Source: Candidatus Obscuribacteraceae bacterium
GTDB lineage: Bacteria; Cyanobacteriota; Vampirovibrionia; Obscuribacterales; Obscuribacteraceae
Length of the DNA: 64,000 nucleotides
Assembly (NCBI GenBank): GCA_044226015.1
Contig: JBGAHS010000003.1
Span: 192,001 to 256,000 of the forward strand
Reading direction: 5' to 3'
The notes under the pieces were generated by a model. It did not search any database. It was given only the letters and a program-made list of their open reading frames with translations, and was not told the DNA's origin. Below, piece by piece: positions 1-10,050 of the stretch (positions within the stretch are counted from its first letter, which is position 1; every line of letters starts with the position of its first letter). Position numbers and translations under genes: made by a program.

Positions 1-487
1 CAACATTGTCATGCTGCAAATCACCATGGGCGATACCATTTTCTTTCAGCGCCTGCATCATTGCTTTGAACTGCTCAAGTAAATTAGCTAATTTCTCGCC
101 ATTCTTAATATTCTCACGAACATAACGACCGAAGGACAAACCTGACACGTACTCCATCTTCAACAACGGAAACCAATCGCTTCCAACGAGAATTCCCTTA
201 TCTAGAAGTTCAAAATCTACGGTGTATTCCAGATCATCCTTCAGTACAAACTGAGAAATCTTTTTGTACCGCTCTTGTCGATCTGGAAAGTTATGCAAGA
301 AGCAGCGCACTGCCCAGGACTTCTCGCCTCCCAATATTTTGAAAACAGCCGCATACTGCCCACTATTAACGAGAGGCAACTGCAATGCATCGAGCAACAG
401 CTCTCCATTTCGAAGTTCTTCATCTCCGATAGAAACTGACTGAATCTGAATTGCTTCTCGATAATCTTGTGGGCTAGGCCAGCGCAA
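1..487 (-). CDS. Ser/Thr protein kinase-like protein, paralog of 640..2340; runs off the window edge
   Basis: Not in the ORF track. Read manually from TTG at 487: MRWPSPQDYREAIQIQSVSIGDEELRNGELLLDALQLPLVNSGQYAAVFKILGGEKSWAVRCFLHNFPD...HGDLQHDNV, open to base 1 and collinear with 640..2340. Confidence 0.9.
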   Translation of the reverse strand, partial: MRWPSPQDYREAIQIQSVSIGDEELRNGELLLDALQLPLVNSGQYAAVFKILGGEKSWAVRCFLHNFPDRQERYKKISQFVLKDDLEYTVDFELLDKGILVGSDWFPLLKMEYVSGLSFGRYVRENIKNGEKLANLLEQFKAMMQALKENGIAHGDLQHDNV

Positions 488-639
488 AGGGTGTTCCTCC
501 TTTCAATGCATACAAGTATCTCAAATTTCGCCAACAGAATGACCTGTCAAAGTGCGCAGATATCACCCAGTCCTTTTTTCTTGCGGACAGAGCGAAAATA
601 GAACTTGGCACGGAAGAGGAACAAGCCTAAAACGACTAC

Positions 640-2340
640 TCAGGAAGGAACAGAACACTGCACTCCTAAACTTCTCAATCTCGTCAACAGCGCAAGGCGT
701 TCTTTAACCGTAAAGCCATGTAACCAAAGTGAACGAATTTCCGTAGTTTTATAGTCTTTGCTTGGAACTTCAACCCGAAGTTGAACGCGCTCTTCAAGCT
801 TCTCACTTCCTTTGTAGAAGAGAGCAATCTTGATTTGTCTCAACGGAATATCAATACTCACAAGATCAGCCTCAAGAGTTTCAGAGTCAGTTGGTTTGTA
901 ATTCGTTCGAAACCCAATTTTCAAGTTTTTTTCCGTAAGGACATAAATCTTGTGTTCGCCCGATGAGTTGTTGCCTGTCGAACCGCCCAGAACAATTGCA
1001 AAACCAGCAATACCCAAGATAAAAAAGCCTGGAAACATAGTAACAATTGCTAACGCCAGACTCACAAAAACTATCGCCAAGGCAACAGCCAGGTGCAGGG
1101 AACCACTGGCTCGAAAGCTCTGTTGCCCAGATGATAGCTTCATAGGGTTTATTCCACCACTCCAAAGAATTGTTTCGCCTGCAAGCAGATTCTCACCCAT
1201 CTTCTGTAGAAACTCTTGCTTACCCGCCGCATCAGAAGAACTCGACCGCACAAACACAGTGCCCAGAAGCTTACCCGGAAAGCAATTAAGTTCCCCTTTC
1301 GAATACTTCAAATCATCGTGAGAATAAATTGGCAGGTTGCTAGAGCCAGGTTTAGTAATGAGAGCTTCCTCTAGCCAGCCTGTCGCGATTTCAGTCCTCT
1401 TCGACAGAGCCGCTGGCAGCTTGAGCGGCGTAATGCTTTTGAGTGACTTATCAATTTCAAGCCTTTCATTCAGATATGGAAGCCCCGAACAGTTATGCCG
1501 CACAAGAGTTCTAATTTGACGCGAGAACTCTTTGCACTTGCCACCCATGTCTTCGAGGTCATGAAGCACCTTTGAAGAATCTGCAGAAATAAAATCTTCC
1601 CGGCTAAGAAAGAACGACTCGTCGTTCGCCAAAAATTTTTCGTGAACCTTCGGCTCAGAAATAAGGCAATCTAGCGCACCGCATATCAACCATGCCGAAA
1701 AATTGTCCAGCTCCGGACCAAAATCAAGCTCTGTTCTTTGCGGGTGTTGGTAGTTTCTATGCCCCAGTTCATTGCTATGCCATCCTTTCAAGTCTGGCAC
1801 GTACATGCCATCGTAATCAATCAGCCTCAGGGAACCATTATCAGTAACCACAACATTGTCATGCTGCAAATCACCATGGGCGATACCATTGTTTCGCAGT
1901 GCAGTCATCATGCTCCTAAACTTGTGGAGCAAATCACGCAACTTTGCAGCATCTTTTATATTCTCGCGGACATATCTCCCCAGGGAGATACCAGACACAT
2001 ACTCCATCTTCAAAAGCGGAAACCAATCGCTTCCAACGAGAATTCCCTTATCCAGAAGTTCAAAATCTACGGTGTATTCCAGATCATCCTTCAGGACAAA
2101 CTGAGAAATCTTTTTGTACCGCTCTTGTCGATCTGGAAAGTTATGCAAGAAGCAGCGCACTGCCCAGGCATTTCGTTTACCGCCAATAATCTTAAATACC
2201 GCGGCGTACTGCCCACTGTTAACCAGCGGCAACTGCAAAGGGTCCAGCTCAATCTCGCCTGCCCGCAATTCTTCATCGCCAACTGACGTAGCTAAGGTCT
2301 GTATTGCCTCACGATAGTCTTGTGGACTTGGCCAGCGCAA
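640..2340 (-). CDS. Membrane-anchored Ser/Thr protein kinase-like protein (kinase domain, hydrophobic hairpin, C-terminal domain)
   Basis: HGDLQHDN catalytic loop, LIDYDG (DFG-equivalent), ELGHRNYQHP; long hydrophobic segment LAVALAIVFVSLALAIVTMFPGFFILGIAGFAIVL. Confidence 0.85.
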   Translation of the reverse strand: MRWPSPQDYREAIQTLATSVGDEELRAGEIELDPLQLPLVNSGQYAAVFKIIGGKRNAWAVRCFLHNFPDRQERYKKISQFVLKDDLEYTVDFELLDKGILVGSDWFPLLKMEYVSGISLGRYVRENIKDAAKLRDLLHKFRSMMTALRNNGIAHGDLQHDNVVVTDNGSLRLIDYDGMYVPDLKGWHSNELGHRNYQHPQRTELDFGPELDNFSAWLICGALDCLISEPKVHEKFLANDESFFLSREDFISADSSKVLHDLEDMGGKCKEFSRQIRTLVRHNCSGLPYLNERLEIDKSLKSITPLKLPAALSKRTEIATGWLEEALITKPGSSNLPIYSHDDLKYSKGELNCFPGKLLGTVFVRSSSSDAAGKQEFLQKMGENLLAGETILWSGGINPMKLSSGQQSFRASGSLHLAVALAIVFVSLALAIVTMFPGFFILGIAGFAIVLGGSTGNNSSGEHKIYVLTEKNLKIGFRTNYKPTDSETLEADLVSIDIPLRQIKIALFYKGSEKLEERVQLRVEVPSKDYKTTEIRSLWLHGFTVKERLALLTRLRSLGVQCSVPS

Positions 2341-2558
2341 TCAAAAGCACTCCTGCACATTTACACGAGTCTACCATCTTCACAATTAAATAGAACATGA
2401 GCTAAGGCTCCTTAGCGAGGACTCCTTCTAAAAGACTTACTGGCCCCTCAAAACCGGATATGATCACGTATTGCTGCAAATCAAATTATTCAACATACTC
2501 AAGTCGGATTGGTTGATATTGGGCTCGCATTGATATTCATGCCGAGGTCAATTAACAA

Positions 2559-3737
2559 ATGAACGAAACTATCACGAAGCTAGAGCTAAGTCGCAACGAT
2601 GCTAATGAGACTGGTGAGAGCAGAGTCGATTCCTCACCAAGCTTAGATGCCCTGAGCCTGTTGCAAGAGAACAACGGCAAGAAGGAAAAAATTGGCAAGA
2701 GCGAGAGCCGCTCGGGACAGAGCGATCCTTTCGAGCTAAAGATCATACCTCTTAGCACTGTTATAGGCATGACAGCATCGACCGGCACAATCCGAGCAAG
2801 TATTTCGATGAACGATGCATATAACACCAAATTAGCGCTATTGAATCCCGAAGCGAATCCTGACATATTTCGAGAAGGCTCATTTGCGAAGAGCCTTGCG
2901 CAAACCCAACTCAACGTCGGACTACTAAAAACACTCGAAGAAAGAGCAGTAGATGAGCTTCACGGAACACAGACGAATTTGAATACGGCTTTAAAAGAAG
3001 CTTCAGAAGTAAATCGATCCTATATATGGACCAAGTTCAATTCACCTGCAGAAAAGACTGACTCCTTAGTGAAGGCTCGCAAAGATTTTCTCTGGGGTGA
3101 CAGAACTAAGTATCCTCACGGTCACGAAGTAAAAATGCTGGGGCTCAACGGTCGAAAGGCTAGTGATTACGTAGGCTCGGCAATGGAAGTAGAAAAATCA
3201 ATAAAACTGTTCGAGGAGGGAACACGCGAAGCAAACATGCTTCATGGCGTTGAACGCACGCAATTAGCAGAAATAAAAGCGCAACATAATTTGACCGAAA
3301 TCACGAGTAAACTAAACGCACAACAGACTGAGTTAGCCAGACTCAAGGTTCAAATTCCAAAACTAACAAGCAAAGCGAATGTCCTGAACGAATTCAACTC
3401 GGGAGTAGCATTGAGTGCAGCAAGCATGATTGCAGGTCACTACGTCGACGAAGCGATGGGCTTAGAAAGTCCCGTTAATTCGCTCGGGCGTGCCACAATA
3501 GATGGGCTAATCGTTCCTACAATACTCAGCTCGGCTATAACAAAACCAATGAAAATAGTGCTCGCATCAGCTTCTTTTGGCGCATCACGCGTGCTCGGAG
3601 TTTTAGAGCAGCAGGCAAAAGCTGAGAATGAGGATAAAACATCCTGGTTTACGATAAGACCTTACAATGACGCACAGCAAGAAATAAATCCGAAGTTCTC
3701 ACTGAAGAACCAGCTAAAAACACTGGGGGCGAGGTAA
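2559..3737 (+). CDS. Hypothetical protein with coiled coil and C-terminal hydrophobic helices
   Basis: 392-aa ORF, GAGG RBS upstream, heptad-rich centre, no recognised family. Confidence 0.75.
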   Translation: MNETITKLELSRNDANETGESRVDSSPSLDALSLLQENNGKKEKIGKSESRSGQSDPFELKIIPLSTVIGMTASTGTIRASISMNDAYNTKLALLNPEANPDIFREGSFAKSLAQTQLNVGLLKTLEERAVDELHGTQTNLNTALKEASEVNRSYIWTKFNSPAEKTDSLVKARKDFLWGDRTKYPHGHEVKMLGLNGRKASDYVGSAMEVEKSIKLFEEGTREANMLHGVERTQLAEIKAQHNLTEITSKLNAQQTELARLKVQIPKLTSKANVLNEFNSGVALSAASMIAGHYVDEAMGLESPVNSLGRATIDGLIVPTILSSAITKPMKIVLASASFGASRVLGVLEQQAKAENEDKTSWFTIRPYNDAQQEINPKFSLKNQLKTLGAR

Positions 3738-3815
3738 GCACCCTGTACCTGCAGCAAACATAGCAGATTCCAAAGAGTTCCCAGTTCAATTGAAGAGCCG
3801 ATGAGCTGCGAAACG

Positions 3816-4946
3816 CTACCGAGCGAAGCGTATCTCTTTCTTCTCGCGATCAATCTTGTAGATGCGATCTCCAAAGAAGTTGAGACCAAGAAGCGGATAT
3901 GCAGTTTTGCAATCAATCACGCGAATAGGAAAGTGTTGTTTTCTAATATCGCCTAAGGTGATGTCAGCGAACATGTCCCAACTATTCACGTAAGCTCCAT
4001 TTGGTCCTCGCGTGCTCGTCGTTGGTGGTGTATCACCAACCTTGACGCGAAGTTGCTCTGCCTGTTCTTTGCTCAAACAAACTCCGAAAGACCCTGAGTC
4101 AAAACACATATCCACGTTGCGTCCATTGAATCTGGTTGTGACTATCATCTTGTCTCCATCAGCAACGAATGGAACAGCAAAAGAATCAACCAAAAACGTG
4201 CCACGCGTCGAACCAGTTCTGTGGAATCGCATGAGAGCAGCCTGCCCATCAATCGAACAATCATAGCCATTGAAAAAGGGTTGCCCAAGAATAGGTGACT
4301 CCATTACGGCATCTTGCACCATTATCGGCAAAGTCCGTTTCAAGCTTCCAAGCTTAATAACGGCGTTGAGTTTGTAAACAGGAACAGGACCAGACACCGT
4401 ATTTAGTGGCGGCATTCGTTCACGATCGGCATCCTTCAAATTCGCCGACTCAATCTGATTGCGTCCGAACAAACATTCCTCCGCGCCTGTGTCGAAGATC
4501 ATTTCCATGCCGCGTCCTTGCAAATCAGCCTGCACAGCCATTTGCCCTTTGGATGTTCTCCTGAAGGGAATACTGAATTCGACCGGGTCACTAGCCTCGT
4601 TTTGGGTCAGAGCATTAGGTTTTGCGAGATTCTGCATCAGAAACCCGTGCGCGAGTTGAGCAGCTTCTGTTCCTTTATATTTTGTCTCTATCTTTCGAAA
4701 CAACTCTGTCGCTTTATCAGCCTGACTCATTTGAATATAGCAAAGCGCGCAATAGTAAAGGCGCTTTGACTCAAGCTCTGTACCTGATTTCCAATTTGAA
4801 AAGAATTGAAGGGCATCGCTGAAACGTTTGCGATTGTACAGTTCTATTCCTCTGGATAGAGCGTCATCAGCGAACGCAGCACTTGCCAGCGCAAACTGAG
4901 CCAGAATCAGAACAAAAAAAATGGGAAGCCTGCGCTCAATCGCCAT
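3816..4946 (-). CDS. Secreted TPR protein with tandem retropepsin-like aspartyl protease domains
   Basis: Signal peptide, TPR-like helices, two catalytic motifs (IFDTGA and CFDSGS) each followed by ILG/LLG. Confidence 0.85.
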   Translation of the reverse strand: MAIERRLPIFFVLILAQFALASAAFADDALSRGIELYNRKRFSDALQFFSNWKSGTELESKRLYYCALCYIQMSQADKATELFRKIETKYKGTEAAQLAHGFLMQNLAKPNALTQNEASDPVEFSIPFRRTSKGQMAVQADLQGRGMEMIFDTGAEECLFGRNQIESANLKDADRERMPPLNTVSGPVPVYKLNAVIKLGSLKRTLPIMVQDAVMESPILGQPFFNGYDCSIDGQAALMRFHRTGSTRGTFLVDSFAVPFVADGDKMIVTTRFNGRNVDMCFDSGSFGVCLSKEQAEQLRVKVGDTPPTTSTRGPNGAYVNSWDMFADITLGDIRKQHFPIRVIDCKTAYPLLGLNFFGDRIYKIDREKKEIRFAR

Positions 4947-5098
4947 AAAAGACTCGCGAACAAAACACCATTATAGTCTTGATCAGAGAATCGATGACCT
5001 CAGAGCACCGCCCCAAGGTCACTAAATGCCATCAAACGTCCTAAGAGGCTGCTAAAGCCGCCAAGCAAAGAGAAGATTCAAAAGGTCCAGGGGTTCGC

Positions 5099-6133
5099 CT
5101 AAAACGAACTCAGCATCCGACGCATGCGGCGAGCATTCCTACCAAAATACTGAACCCCATTTCCACCGCTGCTGCGAGCCATTTTCTTCTGCTTCATAGG
5201 TTTATTAACGAGCTGTCCACTCATGTCGCGATCGTCTTCATGCTTCTCATATTTCTGTCTGCCGTAGTCGGTGTAAGCAGCAACATCAAAATCCTGATAT
5301 TTCACAAATGGGCGTTGAGCCAGCCGCTCGTGCATAATTACATCTGTGGTTTTGAAGGCTGAATTCAACATTTTATTGTCATTCGCCTGCAAAGCCTGCA
5401 CGGCCAGACTGGCATTCAATACGGTGTCGGACTGATACGGACGAGTTTTCGCCTCATACTTTTGATCAAAGCCCTGCATTCGACTGCGTTTTACCATATC
5501 GTGCGGATGCTCTTGAATGTGAGCAAGGTGCATCTGAGAGAACATTCGATTCTTCTGCCCTTGTGTCAAACGAGGGTCCTGATAGATTCGAAGAAGTTGC
5601 ATACCAAATTGAAGTTCTCGAGTTAGATCTTGAGGTGCCCAATACCCCGGCAAACAATGCAAAACAGTTCCGTCTGGAGCCATCATGAAAAGCTGCAAGT
5701 TATGCGGCCCCGCACCATTGGTCGTCACTATGCCTTTTCCATCTGGTGCATGCCGCCCGGAAACGCCACAGTAAGGCTCATTCTCAATGTCTTTCGCCCC
5801 GCAAACGAAATTTTGCTTCAAGTAAGAAAACGCGGGCTCTTGGGAAAGGGACACGTCCCTCAGGCTATTGCCAGCACTTCAAGTTTTTCCGTTTAACGGA
5901 CCTAGCATGTGCATAAAAAATATAGGCTTATTCTGCTGTTGGGCAGCCCGCCTCGTATTGTCAAACGTCGTGTACCAGGGAATCTCGGTAGTCAATTTGG
6001 TGATTCGAGCGAAAGCGTCTTGCCCATCAACCATCTTTGAAGGAGCGCCCGTAATAGGAACTGCCATTGCCAAACCATTTGATGCAAGCACCGATGCAAA
6101 CAGCAAACCTGGCAGAATCTTTCGCAAATTCAT
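5099..6133 (-). CDS. Probable exported thioredoxin-fold (SelN-like) selenoprotein, UGA at codon 85
   Basis: Track ORFs 5879..6160 and 5099..5854 are in one frame, separated only by TGA (5879-5881) and 8 sense codons: KPIFFMHMLGPLNGKT-U-SAGNSLRDVSLSQEPAFSYLKQNF. ATG at 6133 has a GAGGT RBS and a signal peptide. Confidence 0.8.
5847..5860 (-). promoter_or_regulatory. Candidate bacterial SECIS hairpin
   Basis: AGGGA-CGUG-UCCCU; the loop starts 23 nt after the UGA and has G at loop position 2 followed by U. Confidence 0.55.
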
Positions 6134-6285
6134 TTGCCGACCTCGATAAAATAGGAACACAATTCTAAGACGTCAAACCAGAAGAAAAAGTTCAATTCCC
6201 AAGATAAAAAATTTCATCTGGGAGCTTATATTCATAATTGATCGTCGCCTCTGCTATAGTCAAGCCAAGGAGCTTAGACAATGCC

Positions 6286-7248
6286 ATGAATTTTGCCCCA
6301 ATTTCGATCACACGCAGCGTTCTCTTTTCACTATTAATCACGATACAAATTTATTCGCCAATGGAAAGTTTCGCCACGTCTCCAAGCAATGTACCTATCA
6401 AGTCATGGCATGAACTGAGTAATCCCAAGAATCTTCTGCCAATAAATGGCGCATACTATTACGAATTTTCTCTACCTAATGGCAGCACAGCGCATCTTGT
6501 TGTCGCGAACATAAAAAATGGAAAGTGGCGATTAGTTCCTGTGTTATCAGAAAAAACTAGTACTACAAGCCACACCGCAACAGGCTCGTCCGCAAGCGCA
6601 GCCGTCAACGGCGGTTACTTCAACCTCAACGACGGGGAAAGCGCAAGTTATGTCATCAAAGAGGGAAAGCTAATCGCTGACCCACACAACAACAAAGCGT
6701 TGACTGGAAACCCAAAATTACAAGCTTTCTTGCCACAGATATTTGAGCGCAGCGAATTGCGAATACTGAAATCCAAAAGCAAAAAAGATGCCAAACCAAA
6801 TCAATTGCAGATAGCCAGACACTCTGAACCACTGCCAAAGAACACCATTCTCGTCGACTCCTTACAGGCAGGACCACGGCTGCTGCCACAAGTTACACTC
6901 GAAGAAGAAGGCTTCCTTCGAAAACAAAATGATGGAAGCTATGTGGATGCCATCGGCGGAAGGAAAGCAGCCGCCCGCACCGCTGTTGGTATCACAGATG
7001 ATGGACATGCGTTAATACTGGCAGTTGCAGGAAAGGGTCAAGACCCTGAATCAACAGGTCTCACACTGGCTGACATGGCTGAACTGCTCAAACGCTTGGG
7101 CTGTACCGAAGCACTCAACCTAGATGGTGGGTCATCCACCTCCATGTTTGTGCGCATCCCCACTGTCGAATCAGGAAAAGGCAGCACCGTCTGCGCAAAA
7201 TCTCCAGAGACTCTTGTAAAAACCATCCTCATGTTGATGCCACAATAA
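6286..7248 (+). CDS. Phosphodiester glycosidase (NAGPA) family protein, secreted
   Basis: AVNGGYF, QAGPRL, ARTAVGI and ALNLDGGSST motifs; N-terminal hydrophobic segment. Confidence 0.88.
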   Translation: MNFAPISITRSVLFSLLITIQIYSPMESFATSPSNVPIKSWHELSNPKNLLPINGAYYYEFSLPNGSTAHLVVANIKNGKWRLVPVLSEKTSTTSHTATGSSASAAVNGGYFNLNDGESASYVIKEGKLIADPHNNKALTGNPKLQAFLPQIFERSELRILKSKSKKDAKPNQLQIARHSEPLPKNTILVDSLQAGPRLLPQVTLEEEGFLRKQNDGSYVDAIGGRKAAARTAVGITDDGHALILAVAGKGQDPESTGLTLADMAELLKRLGCTEALNLDGGSSTSMFVRIPTVESGKGSTVCAKSPETLVKTILMLMPQ

Positions 7249-7299
7249 AGAAATCGGATTGGTCGGGCGCGTCAAATTTGGTATCGAAAACAACCAGAT

Positions 7300-7602
7300 T
7301 TGAAGGACGATGTCTTAGCCAAGGTCAAACTAGCACAACATGACCCACACGTAGCGAATGTCGGATTTAGCAAGTCTCTGGCAAATAGTTTTCGAGCCCT
7401 GGACCCGATGACATTTACGATGTTAGCCAATGAATTGTCGCGCAAAAATAGCTACTTTTCGACCATGCCTCAAGTAACCCTCTATGGGCAATCTGATGGT
7501 TTCGGACCAGAACTGGACTTTAGACCGGGCTATTTGGACTTTTCAAAGCCTGCCACAAAAGTGCAAACCTACTTCGCCACCCGATTCAAGCCCACTGACT
7601 AG
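7300..7602 (+). CDS. Hypothetical protein
   Basis: 100-aa ORF with TTG start, same strand as its neighbours, fills the gap. Confidence 0.45.
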   Translation: MKDDVLAKVKLAQHDPHVANVGFSKSLANSFRALDPMTFTMLANELSRKNSYFSTMPQVTLYGQSDGFGPELDFRPGYLDFSKPATKVQTYFATRFKPTD

Positions 7603-7722
7603 AAATAATAAAGCCACGATACACAAATCGGATCCATTAAGGTTTTCTGTCTTGAGGAACCAGAATTTCACACACTTCAAATAAATTGCCATTCTCGGGC
7701 GATTTACAGGGGTGGGCAACTG

Positions 7723-8940
7723 ATGTCTGAAACTCAAGACAAGAGATTTGACGGTACTGATAAAGCAGAGGCAGAGAATCAGGAAACTCCAAATCCGTTT
7801 TTCGACGAGGTATCCAGAGACCAGAAAACTGATTCTCGAACTAAGTCTCAAGATGATTCAAAACCCTCGAACACCGATGCAAACTTACCAAACTTCGAAA
7901 TTACTAACGAGTCCGAAAACACAAAAAATACCAGCGGTGACGCAAATTCTCGAGACGTTAATAAAACCGAGAAGTCGCAAAACAAGGCGGCTTCAGATAA
8001 ATTCGGTCCGGGCAGCGTACTAGAAGCGTTCGAGACTGCAAAGCAACTCAATATTCCTGTAATTGTAAACAGAAACATGGACGCTTGCGCCCCCAGCCAA
8101 CAGTCCAATAAAGCGGTCGACAGTTATTTCAAAGGAAATGCCGCTGCGGAAAAAGCTCCCGCCGTGCTAATTGACTTGAATCTCAACAAACTAGACAAAA
8201 TGAGGCAAGAGCATGCGAACCTGCCAGATGGACCCCAGAAAGACAGAATGGGCGAAGAGCTAAAGCTGGCTGACCAGCTGATGAATGCAGGAAACGGACA
8301 GTTTCCAAAAATCAGCAGGTATGACGCAAAAGATAGCTCGACCCCACAAGAAACCATCACTGGAGCTAATCGTCAGAGCATGGATCGACTGATTCACGAA
8401 GATAAGTTGAGTGACAAAGACAACGACAAAAGCAGCGACAAAGGCAATGACAATGACAAAGCCGGCGAAAGTGCCGAGCAAGCGCCAGACAAAAACGCAA
8501 ATCAGAAAGCAGAAAAGGTCCTCAAATTCTCAGACAAAGACATAGCCAGTGCGAAGGAGTATGCCGAGCAACATAAACTTCCGCTGATAGTATTTACTGG
8601 CGGAGACTTCTGCGCACCGAGCCAAGCAGCTGCAGTCAAACTAGACAAGCTTGCCAACAATGTTGCTAACGAAGCTGAACCAAAAGCTGTCATAGTGAAA
8701 CTCGATTTGTCAAAGGCGCAGACAGAACAAAACTCAACTGCGGCAGAAAAGAATGGACGCTCGAACGAGAGCTTACAACTAGCCTCAGAATTGACGAGCA
8801 AAATTAGTCAGATTCCTCATGTCGGGGTCTACAACCCAGGCAACATGAAGTCTATAGGAACACTTAATTTAAACGCTGACACAGCAACACAGCTGAAACA
8901 AGTTTCTAACGCGAAAGAAGCAATGGACAAGCGTCCTTAA
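7723..8940 (+). CDS. Protein with disordered N-terminus and two thioredoxin-like domains (CxxS)
   Basis: AKQLNIPVIVNRNMDACAPSQ and AEQHKLPLIVFTGGDFCAPSQ, each later followed by a beta strand and a QFP/QIP cis-Pro-like motif. Confidence 0.75.
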   Translation: MSETQDKRFDGTDKAEAENQETPNPFFDEVSRDQKTDSRTKSQDDSKPSNTDANLPNFEITNESENTKNTSGDANSRDVNKTEKSQNKAASDKFGPGSVLEAFETAKQLNIPVIVNRNMDACAPSQQSNKAVDSYFKGNAAAEKAPAVLIDLNLNKLDKMRQEHANLPDGPQKDRMGEELKLADQLMNAGNGQFPKISRYDAKDSSTPQETITGANRQSMDRLIHEDKLSDKDNDKSSDKGNDNDKAGESAEQAPDKNANQKAEKVLKFSDKDIASAKEYAEQHKLPLIVFTGGDFCAPSQAAAVKLDKLANNVANEAEPKAVIVKLDLSKAQTEQNSTAAEKNGRSNESLQLASELTSKISQIPHVGVYNPGNMKSIGTLNLNADTATQLKQVSNAKEAMDKRP

Positions 8941-9159
8941 GCCAGCAAATTCTCTTTTTGAGCAACGGAAATCGAAAAGAAACCGCTAAATCGCCACTCT
9001 ATTTTTGGCACAAATTTGGCACTGCAATTTTTTGCAGATTCCCAACCCTCTGAGATCATTTCAGGCAGGACGATTACAGACTTCTAAAATTATGCCACCA
9101 CTTTCTTGACATCCACGTGTGTTCTCCATAAACTCAAAGTGGGTTGAGGATTGGTTACT

Positions 9160-9816
9160 ATGACAGATCAAACAAAGGCGCTCGAGAAGCCGAGCGCAGG
9201 CGAAAGCACGAAGACATTCGATTGGCAACATGTATGGAAAAGTGTCGAGGAAAAAGGCTCGCAAATTGGCTCTAGCATAAAGCAGCAGGCATCTCAAATT
9301 GATACGAAAGACCTTACAGAAAAGGCTAAGCATGCGGCAGGCGAAGGACTGAAGATTGCACGAGGAAGGTCAGACAATCATCAGGCGAACCAAATCTCCG
9401 ACGCAGTTTCACAATATGTGCCCGGTGCAGGACTTTTACGCAAAGGCGCAGAAATAGCACACGAAACCGGGGCTGACGGCAAGTTCCTTGAAGGAAAAAA
9501 GGGCGCTCTCCATGCTCCGAGTGAAGGGTCAATGAAATCCCTGGGCAAAGAAGCTCTGGGCACAGCAATACCCATTCCGGGCGGAGTGTGGGCAAACGAA
9601 GCCTTGAACAAAAGTGGAATGAAAGACAAACTTGTCGACGGCACAGTTGATGCAGTAAAAAACCACAAGCTTTCCCAAGAGCTTCACACTCACGCAAATC
9701 CGTTCGACAAAGGTACGGACAAACTTCCAAAACTAGATATTGAAGACAGATCGACTGGTATCATAAATGGTGCAAAAGACAAGATAAAAGCACTGTTCAA
9801 ATCAATAGAAAAGTAG
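9160..9816 (+). CDS. Hypothetical protein
   Basis: GAGG RBS upstream; about 218-aa hydrophilic ORF with two amphipathic (V/I)PG-containing segments. Confidence 0.75.
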   Translation: MTDQTKALEKPSAGESTKTFDWQHVWKSVEEKGSQIGSSIKQQASQIDTKDLTEKAKHAAGEGLKIARGRSDNHQANQISDAVSQYVPGAGLLRKGAEIAHETGADGKFLEGKKGALHAPSEGSMKSLGKEALGTAIPIPGGVWANEALNKSGMKDKLVDGTVDAVKNHKLSQELHTHANPFDKGTDKLPKLDIEDRSTGIINGAKDKIKALFKSIEK

Positions 9817-9851
9817 AAAAGTATTCGCAATTGCCCGGCATCCGCGAGTTC

Positions 9852-10050
9852 GTCGTGGAGCTGGCAGGAAGTCTGTGCTCTCATATGGGCTTCAAGCCCA
9901 GCTGCCCCAGATTTACGGCTCGAAGCGTGTGCCCCAAGGCTTCTAACGCTTCATCCCCCTTCCCTCCTTTCAACTTGGCACCGCACTTAAACTCTTTTTA
10001 AGGTTTAAAAGAGTTCGGCTTAAACCCGTTCCTGTCGACTAATCTACGAC
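9852..10050 (-). ncRNA. ssrS: Probable 6S RNA
   Basis: About 199-nt intergenic rod: complementary ends (GUCGU/ACGAC, CAGGAA/UUCCUG), UUUAAGCC/GGCUUGAA stem, central bubble, apical AAGUG..GUGC/GCAC..CGCUU stem. The GCGGUGCC..GAAAGGAG motif resembles cyanobacterial 6S (from memory). Predicted pRNA GUUCGGCUUAAACCCG. Confidence 0.7.

Noticed and set aside
241..534. 97-aa ORF resembling 2091..2282
   Set aside because: Both are alternative-frame shadows of the near-identical tract in the two kinase genes.
9004..9022. TTTGGCAC twice at 11-bp period as a sigma54 promoter
   Set aside because: Neither TGGCAC has TTGC at the required -12 spacing. It may be a regulator site, but I saw only one instance.
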